The notes under the pieces: model-generated
The model's database searches: none
The model's input: the letters and a program-made list of their open reading frames with translations, nothing else
What the model was told of the DNA's origin: nothing
Program-made: the position numbers and the translations under genes
Sequence record: MW021758.1
Reading direction: 5' to 3' (one strand)
DNA: 64,000 nt
Shown here: piece by piece, positions 10,252-20,828 of the stretch
How the letters are laid out: the number at the start of each line of letters is the position of its first letter
How positions within the stretch are numbered: position 1 is the stretch's first letter

Positions 10252-10818
10252 TCAGTATTTAGTGATCGCGTACTTCAAGTACTCTCTGAAGAAGTTGTAA
10301 TGACGGAAGTCTGGGTAAGAGACGGATCCGGCAATGGCTTCGACTACTGCATTCAGGAAAGCGCGTTTATCTTCATAAACGGCGGATTTACTCCCTATAA
10401 GAAGTAAAGTCTCGGTTCCCTGCATCAGCGGGACGTAGAACTCTTTGTCCAGGATAAGATCTTGGTTACCGGAGATACCCAGTTGATCTTTACCCTGCGC
10501 CATTTGATCTTTCAGCAGCGTCTCTTTTTCCAACGCCAACATACGGGCAGCGTGATCATTAATGAACGCACTGTTTTCCATAGTATTACTGAGTGCAATG
10601 GTGTCAGAAAAAACATCTTCGGCAAATGTATTGAGATAGCGTTGCGTCAACGCATAAATTAATACTTCGTCTTTTGATAATATAGAACTTTTAGTGTCAG
10701 CTAATTCATGGAACACCAACAGATCGGAAAACTCCAGGTCTGGTGTCATGGAAACTATTTCCGCGAGCCACGAAGGTACAATACCTACTCGCAGCCGACT
10801 CACAGAATCGATACGCAT
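10252..10818 (-). CDS. Hypothetical protein upstream of the MCP (~188 aa)
   Basis: Start moved to ATG at 10818 (MRIDSVSRL), which has a GGAG RBS. This avoids overlap with the helicase gene. Confidence 0.7.
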   Translation of the reverse strand: MRIDSVSRLRVGIVPSWLAEIVSMTPDLEFSDLLVFHELADTKSSILSKDEVLIYALTQRYLNTFAEDVFSDTIALSNTMENSAFINDHAARMLALEKETLLKDQMAQGKDQLGISGNQDLILDKEFYVPLMQGTETLLLIGSKSAVYEDKRAFLNAVVEAIAGSVSYPDFRHYNFFREYLKYAITKY

Positions 10819-10872
10819 AAATTCCTCCGATGGTAATGGATGCGTGCACATAGTAAGACTATAGAGGACAGA

Positions 10873-12432
10873 ATGAACTACCGACTGCTTATTGTAAATG
10901 CTCTGATGTTGTTGTACTGGGAAACCCAAGCTAAGGCGGGTAGCGATAGTAAGAGTTTAGTAAAGCGTGTCCTCAAAGATGTTAAGGTAGAGAAAGGTTT
11001 ATCTGACACAGAACAAACCATCGAGATCTTCAACTCACTGAAGACCTTGATTCTAAAAATGTCAGCTAACCCTTCTTTGGCTCAGAGCAAAGAGTTGATC
11101 TCTCAGAACGTCCGTATCCTGGCTAGCGAAGAACCTTCTATCATAGACATGATAGAGCAAGGTCTGAACGCCAAGATGGATGAAGAGGCGATCAAACGTC
11201 ATTGCCGTACATTGATCATGGACTTGAACGAGTTCTCTCGTAAGTCAGAGTTTAAACTCAAGCTGGCAGATTACACCAAAAAGATTCTCTACGGAGAAGG
11301 TGACTTCGAACTGAACGAAATAGCTCGTTCGATGGTTAACCAGTTTGAACATTACGCCATGGAGAAGAATGACTCTCCACAGAACGCTCCGGGTGTAATG
11401 GACTTCGTTGACTTTACAAACGTGGACTCAGTACGTGCCATGTTTGAGAAAGCTAAGAAACAGGTATCTAAAGAAGAGATCATCAAGTTCGGTCTACAAG
11501 GCCTTAACCGAATGTTCGGTGAACAAGGTGGTGGTCGTCGTGGTGAAGCAATCCTGGTAGGTGGTTTACAGCACCACTTTAAATCTGGTCTGACAATGAT
11601 GATGACCAAAGGGGCTGCTTTATACAACAAGCCTAAGTTGCAGAACCCGGATAAGAAACCGGCTATCGTACTCATCTCTTCTGAGAACGACCTTCCGATC
11701 AACATCCGTACCATGTACAAGCAATGTATCGAACCGACCATTGGTCGTCCGATCGCTTTGAAGGATATTGATCCGAATGAAGCTGCTCAGTATATGCACG
11801 ACAAGTTTGCTGAGAACGGTTGGCACTTCTTGATGTTCCGTATTAACCCAGATGAGTTCACTTTCGATTCACTGCAATCTTTGGTGTTGGGTTTGGAAGC
11901 AGACAACTACGAGATTATTGTCTGTACGTTCGACTACCTGGCGATGATGTCAACTAAGGGTTTCGATAACGGCGGGATTACAGGTCGTGATAAACAAGCG
12001 TTGTTCAAGCGTACTCGTAACTTCATGGTACTGCACAACGTTCTGTTCATTACTCCTCACCAGTTGTCTACCGAAGCACTTGCGATTGAACGTGATCGAC
12101 CTAACCAGTTCCTGAATGAAATTCTTAACCGAGCGTACTACAACGAATGTAAGACGATCGCGCAAGAAGTTGACATGGAGATCAACATTCAGAAACAAAT
12201 CGTTGACGGTGTAGCTTACCTCAACATTGGTCGTGGTAAACACCGTGGTGTGGATAACACTCCGTTAGAACATCAACGTTGTACTTATCGCTTTACTGAA
12301 ATCGGTATCCCTGATGATATCGATGGGGAAGATCTCTCCATGAAGAAACCTGGAGCACAAACTGCCAGTGAAGGCGGTGGCGCAGGTTGGCACCAATCAT
12401 TCGAAGATATCAACGACTTCCAACCACACTAA
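10873..12432 (+). CDS. dnaB: DnaB-like replicative helicase (phiKZ gp118-like)
   Basis: Walker A variant GGLQHHFKSG, then ISSEN, Walker B CTFDYL, TPHQLS and the C-terminal GRGKHRG arginine-finger region. ATG at 10873 follows a GAGGA RBS. Confidence 0.8.
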   Translation: MNYRLLIVNALMLLYWETQAKAGSDSKSLVKRVLKDVKVEKGLSDTEQTIEIFNSLKTLILKMSANPSLAQSKELISQNVRILASEEPSIIDMIEQGLNAKMDEEAIKRHCRTLIMDLNEFSRKSEFKLKLADYTKKILYGEGDFELNEIARSMVNQFEHYAMEKNDSPQNAPGVMDFVDFTNVDSVRAMFEKAKKQVSKEEIIKFGLQGLNRMFGEQGGGRRGEAILVGGLQHHFKSGLTMMMTKGAALYNKPKLQNPDKKPAIVLISSENDLPINIRTMYKQCIEPTIGRPIALKDIDPNEAAQYMHDKFAENGWHFLMFRINPDEFTFDSLQSLVLGLEADNYEIIVCTFDYLAMMSTKGFDNGGITGRDKQALFKRTRNFMVLHNVLFITPHQLSTEALAIERDRPNQFLNEILNRAYYNECKTIAQEVDMEINIQKQIVDGVAYLNIGRGKHRGVDNTPLEHQRCTYRFTEIGIPDDIDGEDLSMKKPGAQTASEGGGAGWHQSFEDINDFQPH

Positions 12433-12459
12433 AAAATAAAAGAGTGACTGCGGTCACAG

Positions 12460-12489
12460 CCCTCCTCTACCCGTAAAGGTAGAGGAGGG
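12460..12489. terminator. Terminator between convergent genes
   Basis: 12-bp stem CCCTCCTCTACC-CGTAAA-GGTAGAGGAGGG. Confidence 0.8.
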
Positions 12490-12500
12490 AGCTATGTTAG

Positions 12501-13070
12501 TTAGTCGCCGAAGTCAGTTCCAGCTTCGCCGTTCTGAGGATTATCTACGCTGTTACGATAAATGCGATCGTAAGGAGATAAGGTATTCATGTTGAACTTA
12601 GTATCTTGGGTGATGGGGAGATTGACAACTTTACCTTGGTCAACTTCAGCCAAAGCTTTTGCTTCAGCAGACTGACGTTCGTCGTATCCGTATTCCTGAC
12701 CAATCTTATCCAGGTTACGTACAATGCGACGTTCGGCTTGTTCAATACGCCAGTAAGCCTTCTTGATGAAGTCGGCCAGTTGACGAGTAGAGAGCTTCTT
12801 AGCCTTGTTCATCGAAAGGATCTGCAGATGAACTAACTGCTTGCGAATATAGTCTTCTGTACCAGCACGCTTGGAAAGCCGTACAACCGACCCTACGCTA
12901 TCTTCTGCAAATTTCCTTACCGACGTATGGATATCATCGCACACGCGCTCCAGATTGCCGAGGAGAGCCTCTATTGATTTCATCGGATCCATCTCTACTA
13001 CTTTAGGATCTGCAATAACCTCTTCTTGATGGATCTTCAATAAATCGCTGATGTTGAATACGTTGGACAT
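12501..13070 (-). CDS. Hypothetical protein (helical)
   Basis: 189-aa ORF with a GAGGA RBS, bounded by terminators. Confidence 0.75.
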   Translation of the reverse strand: MSNVFNISDLLKIHQEEVIADPKVVEMDPMKSIEALLGNLERVCDDIHTSVRKFAEDSVGSVVRLSKRAGTEDYIRKQLVHLQILSMNKAKKLSTRQLADFIKKAYWRIEQAERRIVRNLDKIGQEYGYDERQSAEAKALAEVDQGKVVNLPITQDTKFNMNTLSPYDRIYRNSVDNPQNGEAGTDFGD

Positions 13071-13098
13071 GGTTCTTTCCTCTATTAATAAAAGTGCA

Positions 13099-13125
13099 AA
13101 ATAGAGCAGGGGAATTAACCCCTGC
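13099..13125 (-). terminator. Intrinsic terminator
   Basis: Stem GCAGGGG/CCCCTGC with a 6-nt loop and a T-rich tail on the minus strand. Confidence 0.7.
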
Positions 13126-13127
13126 CT

Positions 13128-13310
13128 TTAGTCGGTTAACTTCAGGAACATTGCCTCGACTTCTTGGTCGGACATTTTGTTGATCGTATCCCATTCCATG
13201 TTAAAACGGTAATGGAGGATAGATTCTTGGTACGCACGCGGAGCCAGTTCTGTTTCACCGGAAGCATCCACATGGAAAGAAAGAATTACGCCGTTCGATT
13301 GAGTGCTCAT
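13128..13310 (-). CDS. Small hypothetical protein
   Basis: 60-aa ORF with an ATG start, filling the space between two hairpins. Confidence 0.6.
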   Translation of the reverse strand: MSTQSNGVILSFHVDASGETELAPRAYQESILHYRFNMEWDTINKMSDQEVEAMFLKLTD

Positions 13311-13376
13311 TTTTTACATACTCGCTCAGTAAAAAAGGTGGAGGAAGGTTTTACCCCTCCTCCAAAATCTTAAGTC

Positions 13377-14216
13377 TTACTGTTTACCAAGGCCACGTAG
13401 TACATAGCTCCAGTAGAGATTCCCGAACACCGACGATTGCGCCAAGGCGGAAATTCTCGCAAACCAACTCTGTTGTAGGTAAGTGCCACGTTCTGTTTCC
13501 GTAAGCTGGAGGTTTAAATATCCAACTACAGAACGCGACACGGATTCCGCTGCAGCTAAGTTATTAATCGCAACAGGCGTTGTGCCGTTTGCGTAACCAT
13601 TGCCCGTACGGAATACTGAAACCTTTAACCCATCGACCATAAACATGTTCGTAGGCAACTCGAGATAATCTGGGAACTTTGCAACTAATGTAGCTTTGTC
13701 ATAAAATACCATCCCGCGTAATAATTTACTTACGTCGCCGATAGCGGTTCCTGAGATGCGGTTAGCGATAACAGGAGGAGCTTTGTCGAACAGGACTTTA
13801 CAAACGATGTCTTCAGGTACGACTTTATCTACCCAGACAATTTCACTTGTCCAAGTATAAACGTTTTCCCAGAATACTTCGTGGTTGGTTTCCGAATCGT
13901 TCTCATGGAACTGAATACCTAAACCTAACAAGGCCAGTTTCATTTCCTTAAGACCCTCTCGAGCCATTGAGATACGATCGGGATCGGGTTGATAAGTCTT
14001 AGTCCCTTGAACCATCCGTGGCACGATATAGCCATCGGGTAATTCGAATCCAACGAAGCGTGAACTAATCAGCTTCCAGGGATCGCGTTCGAAGGGAGTA
14101 ACTTCACTGATGACTTCAACACGACCTGGTTGGAGTTGGGACTTTGCACGCGCAAGGGAAGCACTAATTAAGTCGGTTACTTTCTTGACGTTGACTTTGT
14201 TCTCGGGGAATTTCAT
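13377..14216 (-). CDS. Hypothetical protein
   Basis: 279-aa ORF that tiles with its neighbours. Confidence 0.75.
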   Translation of the reverse strand: MKFPENKVNVKKVTDLISASLARAKSQLQPGRVEVISEVTPFERDPWKLISSRFVGFELPDGYIVPRMVQGTKTYQPDPDRISMAREGLKEMKLALLGLGIQFHENDSETNHEVFWENVYTWTSEIVWVDKVVPEDIVCKVLFDKAPPVIANRISGTAIGDVSKLLRGMVFYDKATLVAKFPDYLELPTNMFMVDGLKVSVFRTGNGYANGTTPVAINNLAAAESVSRSVVGYLNLQLTETERGTYLQQSWFARISALAQSSVFGNLYWSYVLRGLGKQ

Positions 14217-14718
14217 TTAGGATAAAATCCTCTTGTTGAGGTTTCTTCTCGAATACCTTGCAGCGACGAGAGCTTTCTGTCGGACTCATAACGAAACCGA
14301 TGGATTCAAAGAAGGCAGCACCTTTATTATTCCCGTTAACGCAGAAGGCCTTAATGTACGTTGGTTCAGAAAGCGCCACCAAAGCCTCGTAGAGCGTTTT
14401 TCCTATCTCACCTAGGCGACGATCCTCATCGACGAACAAACGCTCTATAAGGAGCTCTCCGTTCTCGTACAAGGCCGTGCAGAAAGCAACTGGGATTTCC
14501 TTGTACAAAACTACTGCTAAAAGGTAAGAACCTGTGGTAGAACTAAGCTCGGACATGTGGTCGTAGAATGATTCTGAGTCGACTACAATACCGTTCAACT
14601 TTTCGTGGTACTTGTTCAGGGTGCCAATCAAACGATCGAGTGACGTTTTGTGAGAAGTGATTAATTCTAACATTTCCACTTCGTTGACGGAACTATCGAA
14701 AAGACGCAAAGTATACAT
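14164..14718 (-). CDS. GNAT-family acetyltransferase
   Basis: Motif A-like LFVDEDRRLGEIGKTLYEAL and C-terminal NNKGAAFFESIGF. Confidence 0.75.
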   Translation of the reverse strand: MYTLRLFDSSVNEVEMLELITSHKTSLDRLIGTLNKYHEKLNGIVVDSESFYDHMSELSSTTGSYLLAVVLYKEIPVAFCTALYENGELLIERLFVDEDRRLGEIGKTLYEALVALSEPTYIKAFCVNGNNKGAAFFESIGFVMSPTESSRRCKVFEKKPQQEDFILNEIPREQSQRQESNRLN

Positions 14719-14757
14719 ATTCGTTAAACTGATTTGCTAAAGTTAATATTCAAAGGA

Positions 14758-14767
14758 GTGATATATA
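14758..14767 (-). promoter_or_regulatory. Possible early promoter variant (TATATCAC)
   Basis: One mismatch to TATATTAC, about 40 nt upstream of the GNAT gene. Confidence 0.4.
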
Positions 14768-14769
14768 TC

Positions 14770-16104
14770 TCAAACCTTCTCGAGGTAGAGGAATAGTGCA
14801 GCGGCACTTTTCATCGTATTGGCCAGCAGTCCAGGTTGTTCCCCAGTCCATTGTTCGTTAGCTTGGATGAGTACACCTTCTAACGTGGTCACATTACCGC
14901 CGTTGTCGTAATAAACTCTTACGGGCATCCCAGGGGTAAGTAACCGGATATCGGAACGTTGCCAAGTCGTTACCATAACCATACCTCGTTTAGAGGCAAG
15001 TTCAGATTGGACTCTAGCCAAGTTATCGGTCACGCCTTTAACGTTAGCCATTGTCCGTTTATCCTTACGAGGTTCAGCGGTAATGTCGGCACTGATCTCT
15101 TGACGGTTGTAGACGGACTGGTTGTTGTCGTTAATAGTAGGGTTATCCAAGAAGCCGCTTGCACGAGTGAAGTGCATGGCGGTTTCACCGTTTATGCTGT
15201 TTGATACGGACAAGTCCTGCATCTTAACTGCACCAGCGCAAACTACCGTAATGTCATTCCCTACCATTTTAAACGAACGATCTGACGCAGGGATCATTAG
15301 AGAAGTACTCTGAATGATAGTCAAACGTCGGGTAGTCTTCGTGTACCGTCTCGTGTTAAAGATCGGGTAGATGTACCAACGTTGGTTCTGGATGAATGAC
15401 CCAATACCGTGGTTGTAGATACCCGTGATCTGATCCTGGATAAATGCAGCCAACCCTACCATACGAGTTCCGTTCTCGATGATAACATCACCAACGATAT
15501 CGCTTTGACCGTCGTTCTCTGGATCAACCATGTCTAGCGATAATAACGGCGGTAATCCTTGATCTGAGTCGATCTTAGTTTGGGAGAGGATCATCCCTTT
15601 AAGTACGTCCGATGGTTTAGCATAACGGAAAATGCCCTGGGCGTACTTTGTATTCATTGAGACGGCGATGGGATCCACTAATTGAATCCTTACCATCCTC
15701 AGTTCATCTTTACCGTCAGAATACGGTGCAGTCGTTAACGATGAGTCAGAAGACATCTGAGCCACAGTGTTATCTTTAAGGATAACTTTAAACTGCGTAT
15801 TGTAACGAAGGCCAGAGGTGATCGGTGTGCTGGAAACCGGGTCTACTTGTTCCTGAATGAGCACTGCATTCAGGTTGTCACGGTTAGCGTACAACAGATT
15901 GTAATCCGATGTGATAACCGCAATACGCATTTCCGTATCGTGGGTAAAGCTAGATACGTAATCTGCTTCTGTGTACTTTTCAATAACCCGAGTTACTTCC
16001 AACTTACGTCTAGGCAATGTGAAAATAAGACGGAATCGGAATCGGGGATAACTCCCCGACCCGGTTATTTCCATTGCCTGTTTTCTCAACAGGGCGGAGT
16101 TCAT
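14770..16104 (-). CDS. Virion structural protein, probable baseplate hub-like (phiKZ gp101-like)
   Basis: 444 aa in the structural cluster. The C-terminal beta-rich LTPGMPVRVYY segment resembles gp27/VgrG-type hubs. Confidence 0.45.
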   Translation of the reverse strand: MNSALLRKQAMEITGSGSYPRFRFRLIFTLPRRKLEVTRVIEKYTEADYVSSFTHDTEMRIAVITSDYNLLYANRDNLNAVLIQEQVDPVSSTPITSGLRYNTQFKVILKDNTVAQMSSDSSLTTAPYSDGKDELRMVRIQLVDPIAVSMNTKYAQGIFRYAKPSDVLKGMILSQTKIDSDQGLPPLLSLDMVDPENDGQSDIVGDVIIENGTRMVGLAAFIQDQITGIYNHGIGSFIQNQRWYIYPIFNTRRYTKTTRRLTIIQSTSLMIPASDRSFKMVGNDITVVCAGAVKMQDLSVSNSINGETAMHFTRASGFLDNPTINDNNQSVYNRQEISADITAEPRKDKRTMANVKGVTDNLARVQSELASKRGMVMVTTWQRSDIRLLTPGMPVRVYYDNGGNVTTLEGVLIQANEQWTGEQPGLLANTMKSAAALFLYLEKV

Positions 16105-16670
16105 TTATAGAAGTTCCTTTTACGTACAGGAGCGTACTTGATACGCTCAGTAACAGGGATGTAGTCAGCTGCGCGTTTAATCTCAATCGACGAGGCCGGC
16201 TTGATCAACGTTGGGCTAAAGTCAATGTAACCGCGGAAGACGCTATGAACCTCAGGCATCTTAGAGGTACGAACTTTGTTGTAGATGTGCCGACCCAGTT
16301 CGTCCAATGACTGGAGGTCACGCAGGCGCTCCTGAGTAACCTCGGGGTCTTCTGAGTACATGTTACTTGCCATGGACTTCATGTACATCTCAACGTCGTG
16401 GATGTGCTCCTGGATGATCTCGTGCATCTGGGTGATAGCTTTCATGCCATCGACCATGGTGAACTCAGAACCTGCCTGATAAAGATCCAGAAGCTGGTTG
16501 ATGGTACGCCATACGCGAGTACGGCGTTTAGATGCCATCTGATCCAGGTAAGGGGAACCTGTCGTGAAACTACCGCGCCGACCTATCATCGTTTCATCTA
16601 CTGCATCGTATTCGTACATCTCTACGTTGAAGTATTTGCTGAAGATAAGTTCGCCTGCAGATTTCGTCAT
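16101..16670 (-). CDS. Hypothetical protein in the structural cluster
   Basis: 189 aa, with 4-nt start/stop overlaps with both neighbours. Confidence 0.75.
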   Translation of the reverse strand: MTKSAGELIFSKYFNVEMYEYDAVDETMIGRRGSFTTGSPYLDQMASKRRTRVWRTINQLLDLYQAGSEFTMVDGMKAITQMHEIIQEHIHDVEMYMKSMASNMYSEDPEVTQERLRDLQSLDELGRHIYNKVRTSKMPEVHSVFRGYIDFSPTLIKPASSIEIKRAADYIPVTERIKYAPVRKRNFYK

Positions 16671-18019
16671 GATGGAAGACCTCGTAATGCGGCCGGTATG
16701 ATTGCAAACATGATCGGGAGGTAATAGAACCTTTCCAGATTAGACCAATCCCTGGAGTCTTTGAACAGACCGATTAATGTCTTGGCATCAATGGATCCGT
16801 TATCCAGAGTTTGCCATACCAGCGTTTCTAATGCCGATTGACTTTCTGACTTGCTGTAGAAGTCAGCACTGAATACGTAGTACTCGTCAGCGTTAACTAA
16901 CTTGATGCCATTCTCAATAGAAGGCTTCGCATCAGGGTCACGCGGAGGGCCGTTACGTTCAGGAATTTTACCTGGCTGCAATACCTTGGCTTTCGGTACT
17001 GCTTCACTCATGCTGTACATGTAGTCATCCGGATTGCTCTTCGGATAGAAGACAAAAGGAATACCTACATACCAGGCAGGGCCGTAATACGGGTTACGGA
17101 AGAACGTTGATGTATCGACGATAGGGATCTTCGCTTCTACTACATCGATCAAATACGGATCGTTGTGGAGCAATGCATCGTAGATCGTCCTGAACTCACG
17201 GATAATCCCGTCCATTACGTTCAGGTTGTTCATCCCGTTAAACGTACCCACTTCCAAACGTGACCAGAGGTTAGTAACGAACTTAGTCAAGAACGGATCG
17301 TAGACCGGACGTTGACCTTGATCGGGAACCAGGAGAGTACCGTACTCCTTATTGAAGTACTGCGTCATGTACTGGCGAGGTAAGCGTTTACGAATCGACT
17401 CAAACTCCTCTACGGCGTTATGGGCTTCATCGGTTAGGATTGGGTTAATCCCGCTATCCAGGAACGACTTGTGGAAATGGTAAGTACGTTGAACCTTACT
17501 CATCATCACTTCGAACTCACGACGAGACAGTATTGATTTCAATACGTATTCAATCGTGAATGTCGTTTGCCGGTAGATGGTTCTCTGCTGAATGTTCTCA
17601 GTGACTTGGAACAACCCTAACTTGCCATCCAGAAGAGAGGCAGTAAACATGTCACCTACGTTAGGGCGAACGCCTGGGTACATGTTAGCTACGCCACGGC
17701 CAGTAAACTCGTTATTGGTCGTATCGTAAGTTGGGTTAGCCGGTAATGGATCGGTTACCATCAATTCCAGGTTCTGAATCAGGTTGTATTGCTGGTGAAT
17801 CCCCAAGCGGGTCATCTGGTGACTAGAAGTCTCATCGTCACCATTAAGTACCTGAGAGAAGTAATCGACAATCCAACTACGGCCTTCGATAGCAGTGAGC
17901 ATCGTAGATACCGGAGTGTATTGCGTATCGATCGAGATCCCCTTAAAGGGCGTTTCGTTAGGAAGCACCTGCGGGGGATTGATACTGGAAGCTTTTTCAT
18001 CTTCATCGAACAAGGACAT
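16667..18019 (-). CDS. Virion structural protein, possible neck/head-closure protein
   Basis: 450 aa. The segment RPNVGDMFTASLLDGKLGLFQVTE resembles the T4 gp14/stopper beta-sandwich. Confidence 0.45.
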   Translation of the reverse strand: MSLFDEDEKASSINPPQVLPNETPFKGISIDTQYTPVSTMLTAIEGRSWIVDYFSQVLNGDDETSSHQMTRLGIHQQYNLIQNLELMVTDPLPANPTYDTTNNEFTGRGVANMYPGVRPNVGDMFTASLLDGKLGLFQVTENIQQRTIYRQTTFTIEYVLKSILSRREFEVMMSKVQRTYHFHKSFLDSGINPILTDEAHNAVEEFESIRKRLPRQYMTQYFNKEYGTLLVPDQGQRPVYDPFLTKFVTNLWSRLEVGTFNGMNNLNVMDGIIREFRTIYDALLHNDPYLIDVVEAKIPIVDTSTFFRNPYYGPAWYVGIPFVFYPKSNPDDYMYSMSEAVPKAKVLQPGKIPERNGPPRDPDAKPSIENGIKLVNADEYYVFSADFYSKSESQSALETLVWQTLDNGSIDAKTLIGLFKDSRDWSNLERFYYLPIMFAIIPAALRGLPS

Positions 18020-18024
18020 GTCAA

Positions 18025-19575
18025 TTACTCCTTGACAACCTGGAAGTGATACCCTAGCACAGTTGGCAGGATAATCGACTTATACGTTAATGAGTAGAAC
18101 CGTTCTGCGGTTACACGCAACTCTCTGGCTACCCGGAAATATTCATCCATGGTAACAAACTTACCATTCAGAGCTTTAGGGTACACTCCGCCGTTCTTAA
18201 GGAAGAATGGATCCAATGCATCCACAATCATGTTCAGGGTATCTGGGTGTTCCTGGAGATACCGAACTGCAAATGGCTGTAGGTTGAGTAGCTGAGTGAA
18301 AACGTTCACTCGGACATGGTAGACCGACTTAACGTCAAGGTCGTACTGACAGAAAATATTCAGGTCTTCATCAATGAAGATATCCCGTTGATCAATTGGT
18401 CTGTCATTTTCATAGACCGAGATATGAGCTGCGCACGCAGTTGCTCGAGGAACCATGAGTCGTTGATCACGGATATATTCGAGGAACTGTTCGTTAAACT
18501 TGTTCTTCCCGAGCTCTCTCAGGTTAATAACCTTTTTGGGGTTATCCTGATCGACACGAATTAGGAACTGCGCAATTGGCGAGGTATCCGCCACAACTTG
18601 CGTAGGCATCCAATCATCGTAGAACGGGATGATGTTAAAGATTGGGTCAGCTGCAGACCAAGTGAAGTTCTTGAACAGCTCGTAATAACGACGAGTAGAA
18701 CCACTGCTCAAACCACGTTGGTCAGCAGGAGAATACAACCCACGGTCTTTACGAAGTCCGGGTGGAATCAACTGATTGTGGATGACCAAAGGATACTTCA
18801 CGATCATGCCGATTGGCCGGTCATAACTGAAACGATACGTAAAGGTAATATCGTAGCAGTTGCCGTCGGGTAGTTTCTCTTCGATAGGCGGCGCAGAGAA
18901 TTCGAAGTTACCCAAAATATCCAGCTGCTGCTCACGGAAAACGTAAGTCGCATTTCGACCTGCGTTATCCACCATTGTGGCGAGATCACCTACAGCGTTA
19001 TTCTTCAGGTAATCTTCAAACGTATCGCCGTCACCTGCAATCTTCTCTTTCATTTCATGGAAGATAGCTAGCATGGCAACTACCTGTACTGGCATAACGT
19101 AGTAGAATGCAGCGTTGAATGTTTCGTCAATGAAGTGACGCATGATCTTACGACGCATCATGCTACGCCAGTTTTGGGCAGCGTTCTTATCGATAGTACG
19201 ATAAGTAAAGTTAAGCGTGGCCTTCACTTGCTCACGGAACGGAGAGACGTTAATCTTTCTCTTAGGGTCGTTCCATGCCAGCATCAAATCGTTGTAGTGA
19301 TAGGCGGTAGAGAGAATCGGATCGTCGTTCACCTCTTCTTGGTAATCGACTTTTATTTTTTGGTAGAATGGGAACTTGGCGGTGTTGTTCTCGTTATAGA
19401 CCTTTTGATCCAACGTAGTCAACCAAGTCGGTACTGCTTCATTCTCACCTGCGAATTCAATAAAGGTATCGTCTTTGATACCCGTCACATTCATGATAGC
19501 ACGAATGATACTGACGTTAACTCGTCTTGTTACGGACGCATAGACGTCAGGGATAGGAAGCGCTAACTGGGGCAT
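18025..19575 (-). CDS. Virion structural protein, possible tail terminator/completion protein
   Basis: Start moved to ATG at 19575 (MPQLALP), behind an AGGA RBS. Assignment rests on operon context. Confidence 0.45.
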   Translation of the reverse strand: MPQLALPIPDVYASVTRRVNVSIIRAIMNVTGIKDDTFIEFAGENEAVPTWLTTLDQKVYNENNTAKFPFYQKIKVDYQEEVNDDPILSTAYHYNDLMLAWNDPKRKINVSPFREQVKATLNFTYRTIDKNAAQNWRSMMRRKIMRHFIDETFNAAFYYVMPVQVVAMLAIFHEMKEKIAGDGDTFEDYLKNNAVGDLATMVDNAGRNATYVFREQQLDILGNFEFSAPPIEEKLPDGNCYDITFTYRFSYDRPIGMIVKYPLVIHNQLIPPGLRKDRGLYSPADQRGLSSGSTRRYYELFKNFTWSAADPIFNIIPFYDDWMPTQVVADTSPIAQFLIRVDQDNPKKVINLRELGKNKFNEQFLEYIRDQRLMVPRATACAAHISVYENDRPIDQRDIFIDEDLNIFCQYDLDVKSVYHVRVNVFTQLLNLQPFAVRYLQEHPDTLNMIVDALDPFFLKNGGVYPKALNGKFVTMDEYFRVARELRVTAERFYSLTYKSIILPTVLGYHFQVVKE

Positions 19576-19663
19576 AAATTCATTTCCTGTTCGCCGGGCT
19601 CGCGCCGTATTGGGCGGGATGTCATAAGAATGCGAACCCCTAAGGGCCCGCATTCTCAATATA

Positions 19664-20740
19664 TTACAGGTAAACGGTGTCGGTACGCAGCGGTTCCTGT
19701 TCTGGAGAACGGCGGTCGATTTGGACATTCAGCTTCATGTCTTTAACGGCGTTGGTCAACAGCAGCAGGTAGTTCTTAGCCAGCTTATCGTCCAAGATCA
19801 GGATGTGGCGATCATCTGACGCGACGTAGACGGCTTGACCATGGCCTTTGATGGCGTCGGTGACGTAGCCTAGGAAGTTCATGTCCTTCATTGCGGCAGC
19901 ATCGTTCCCGGTGAAGATAACTTCCAGAGAACATGGTTCGCCCCGACGTGCCACCAGAAGAACGGCGCGGTTAACGACGTTTTCGTTTACTTCGGCGGGA
20001 CTTTCCTGCTTTACTGGTTTAGCCGGCTCTGCAACTTTTTCTACCAGAGAGTCAACGAAAGATTTGGTGTTACTTTTAGGTTCGTCGGCACCCAGCTCGC
20101 TGACCAGGCTGGTCAGGTAGTTTTCTTCCTGTTGAACGGGGACTTGCTCTTCCACTTTAGGTGCTGCAACTTCTGCAACAGCGGTTTCGCTAGGGAACAT
20201 GTCCGCGGTTTCGTCCAGGTTGGTTTGCAGGAAACGCAGAGATTCGACGTAGTCATCGATCATTGCAGAAACGCCACGGGCACCTTCTTGACTATTGATA
20301 CCGACGATGAAGAACGTTGTTTCCCCGGCCGATACGCGGTATTCGATTTTATCGTCTTCGAGTTTACTGGACTCAATGACGAAGTCGTTAAATACGCCAC
20401 GCAGGATACGCGGATCGGTAGACGGAGCTGCCAGGGTATCTGGAGTTTCGGGATACAGGATATAACCGGCGCTGGTGAGTTTTTTGGTTACGGTAGCAAC
20501 GAAATGCTGATCGATCTCTTGCTCCGTCAGTTTGGTACCACAATGGTTACCGTAGAGATCCATCATGGTCAGGAAATTATCGGTAGGGGTCAGATAACTG
20601 AAGCCTACGTCTGTTGAGCCTACTTCGGCGAATTGACCTTTACCTTTGAAAATATCTTCAATGGTCGGTGCATTGTTAGGTGCGATGAAACTAATAGACA
20701 TCGGTCCATTGTTCAGGGACAGCACTACAGCTACGTTCAT
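19664..20740 (-). CDS. Hypothetical protein with an acidic Pro/Glu-rich linker
   Basis: Likely ATG at 20740 (MNVAVVL), with an AAGGA RBS. Confidence 0.75.
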   Translation of the reverse strand: MNVAVVLSLNNGPMSISFIAPNNAPTIEDIFKGKGQFAEVGSTDVGFSYLTPTDNFLTMMDLYGNHCGTKLTEQEIDQHFVATVTKKLTSAGYILYPETPDTLAAPSTDPRILRGVFNDFVIESSKLEDDKIEYRVSAGETTFFIVGINSQEGARGVSAMIDDYVESLRFLQTNLDETADMFPSETAVAEVAAPKVEEQVPVQQEENYLTSLVSELGADEPKSNTKSFVDSLVEKVAEPAKPVKQESPAEVNENVVNRAVLLVARRGEPCSLEVIFTGNDAAAMKDMNFLGYVTDAIKGHGQAVYVASDDRHILILDDKLAKNYLLLLTNAVKDMKLNVQIDRRSPEQEPLRTDTVYL

Positions 20741-20791
20741 ACTAGATTCCTTAAAAGAAGTTAACTTCAAAGAAAGCCTCCGATACGTAAA

Positions 20792-20820
20792 ATAAAAAGG
20801 AGAGGGAATTAACCCTCTCC
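20792..20820 (-). terminator. Terminator ending the head-protein operon
   Basis: GGAGAGGG/CCCTCTCC stem with a 6-nt loop and a TTTTTATTTT tail on the minus strand. Confidence 0.85.
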
Positions 20821-20828
20821 TCTATGCT

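Noticed and set aside
11560-11590. Non-canonical Walker A (HHFKS) in the DnaB-like helicase
   Set aside because: As I recall, similar variants are typical of phiKZ-like helicases, so this is not novel.
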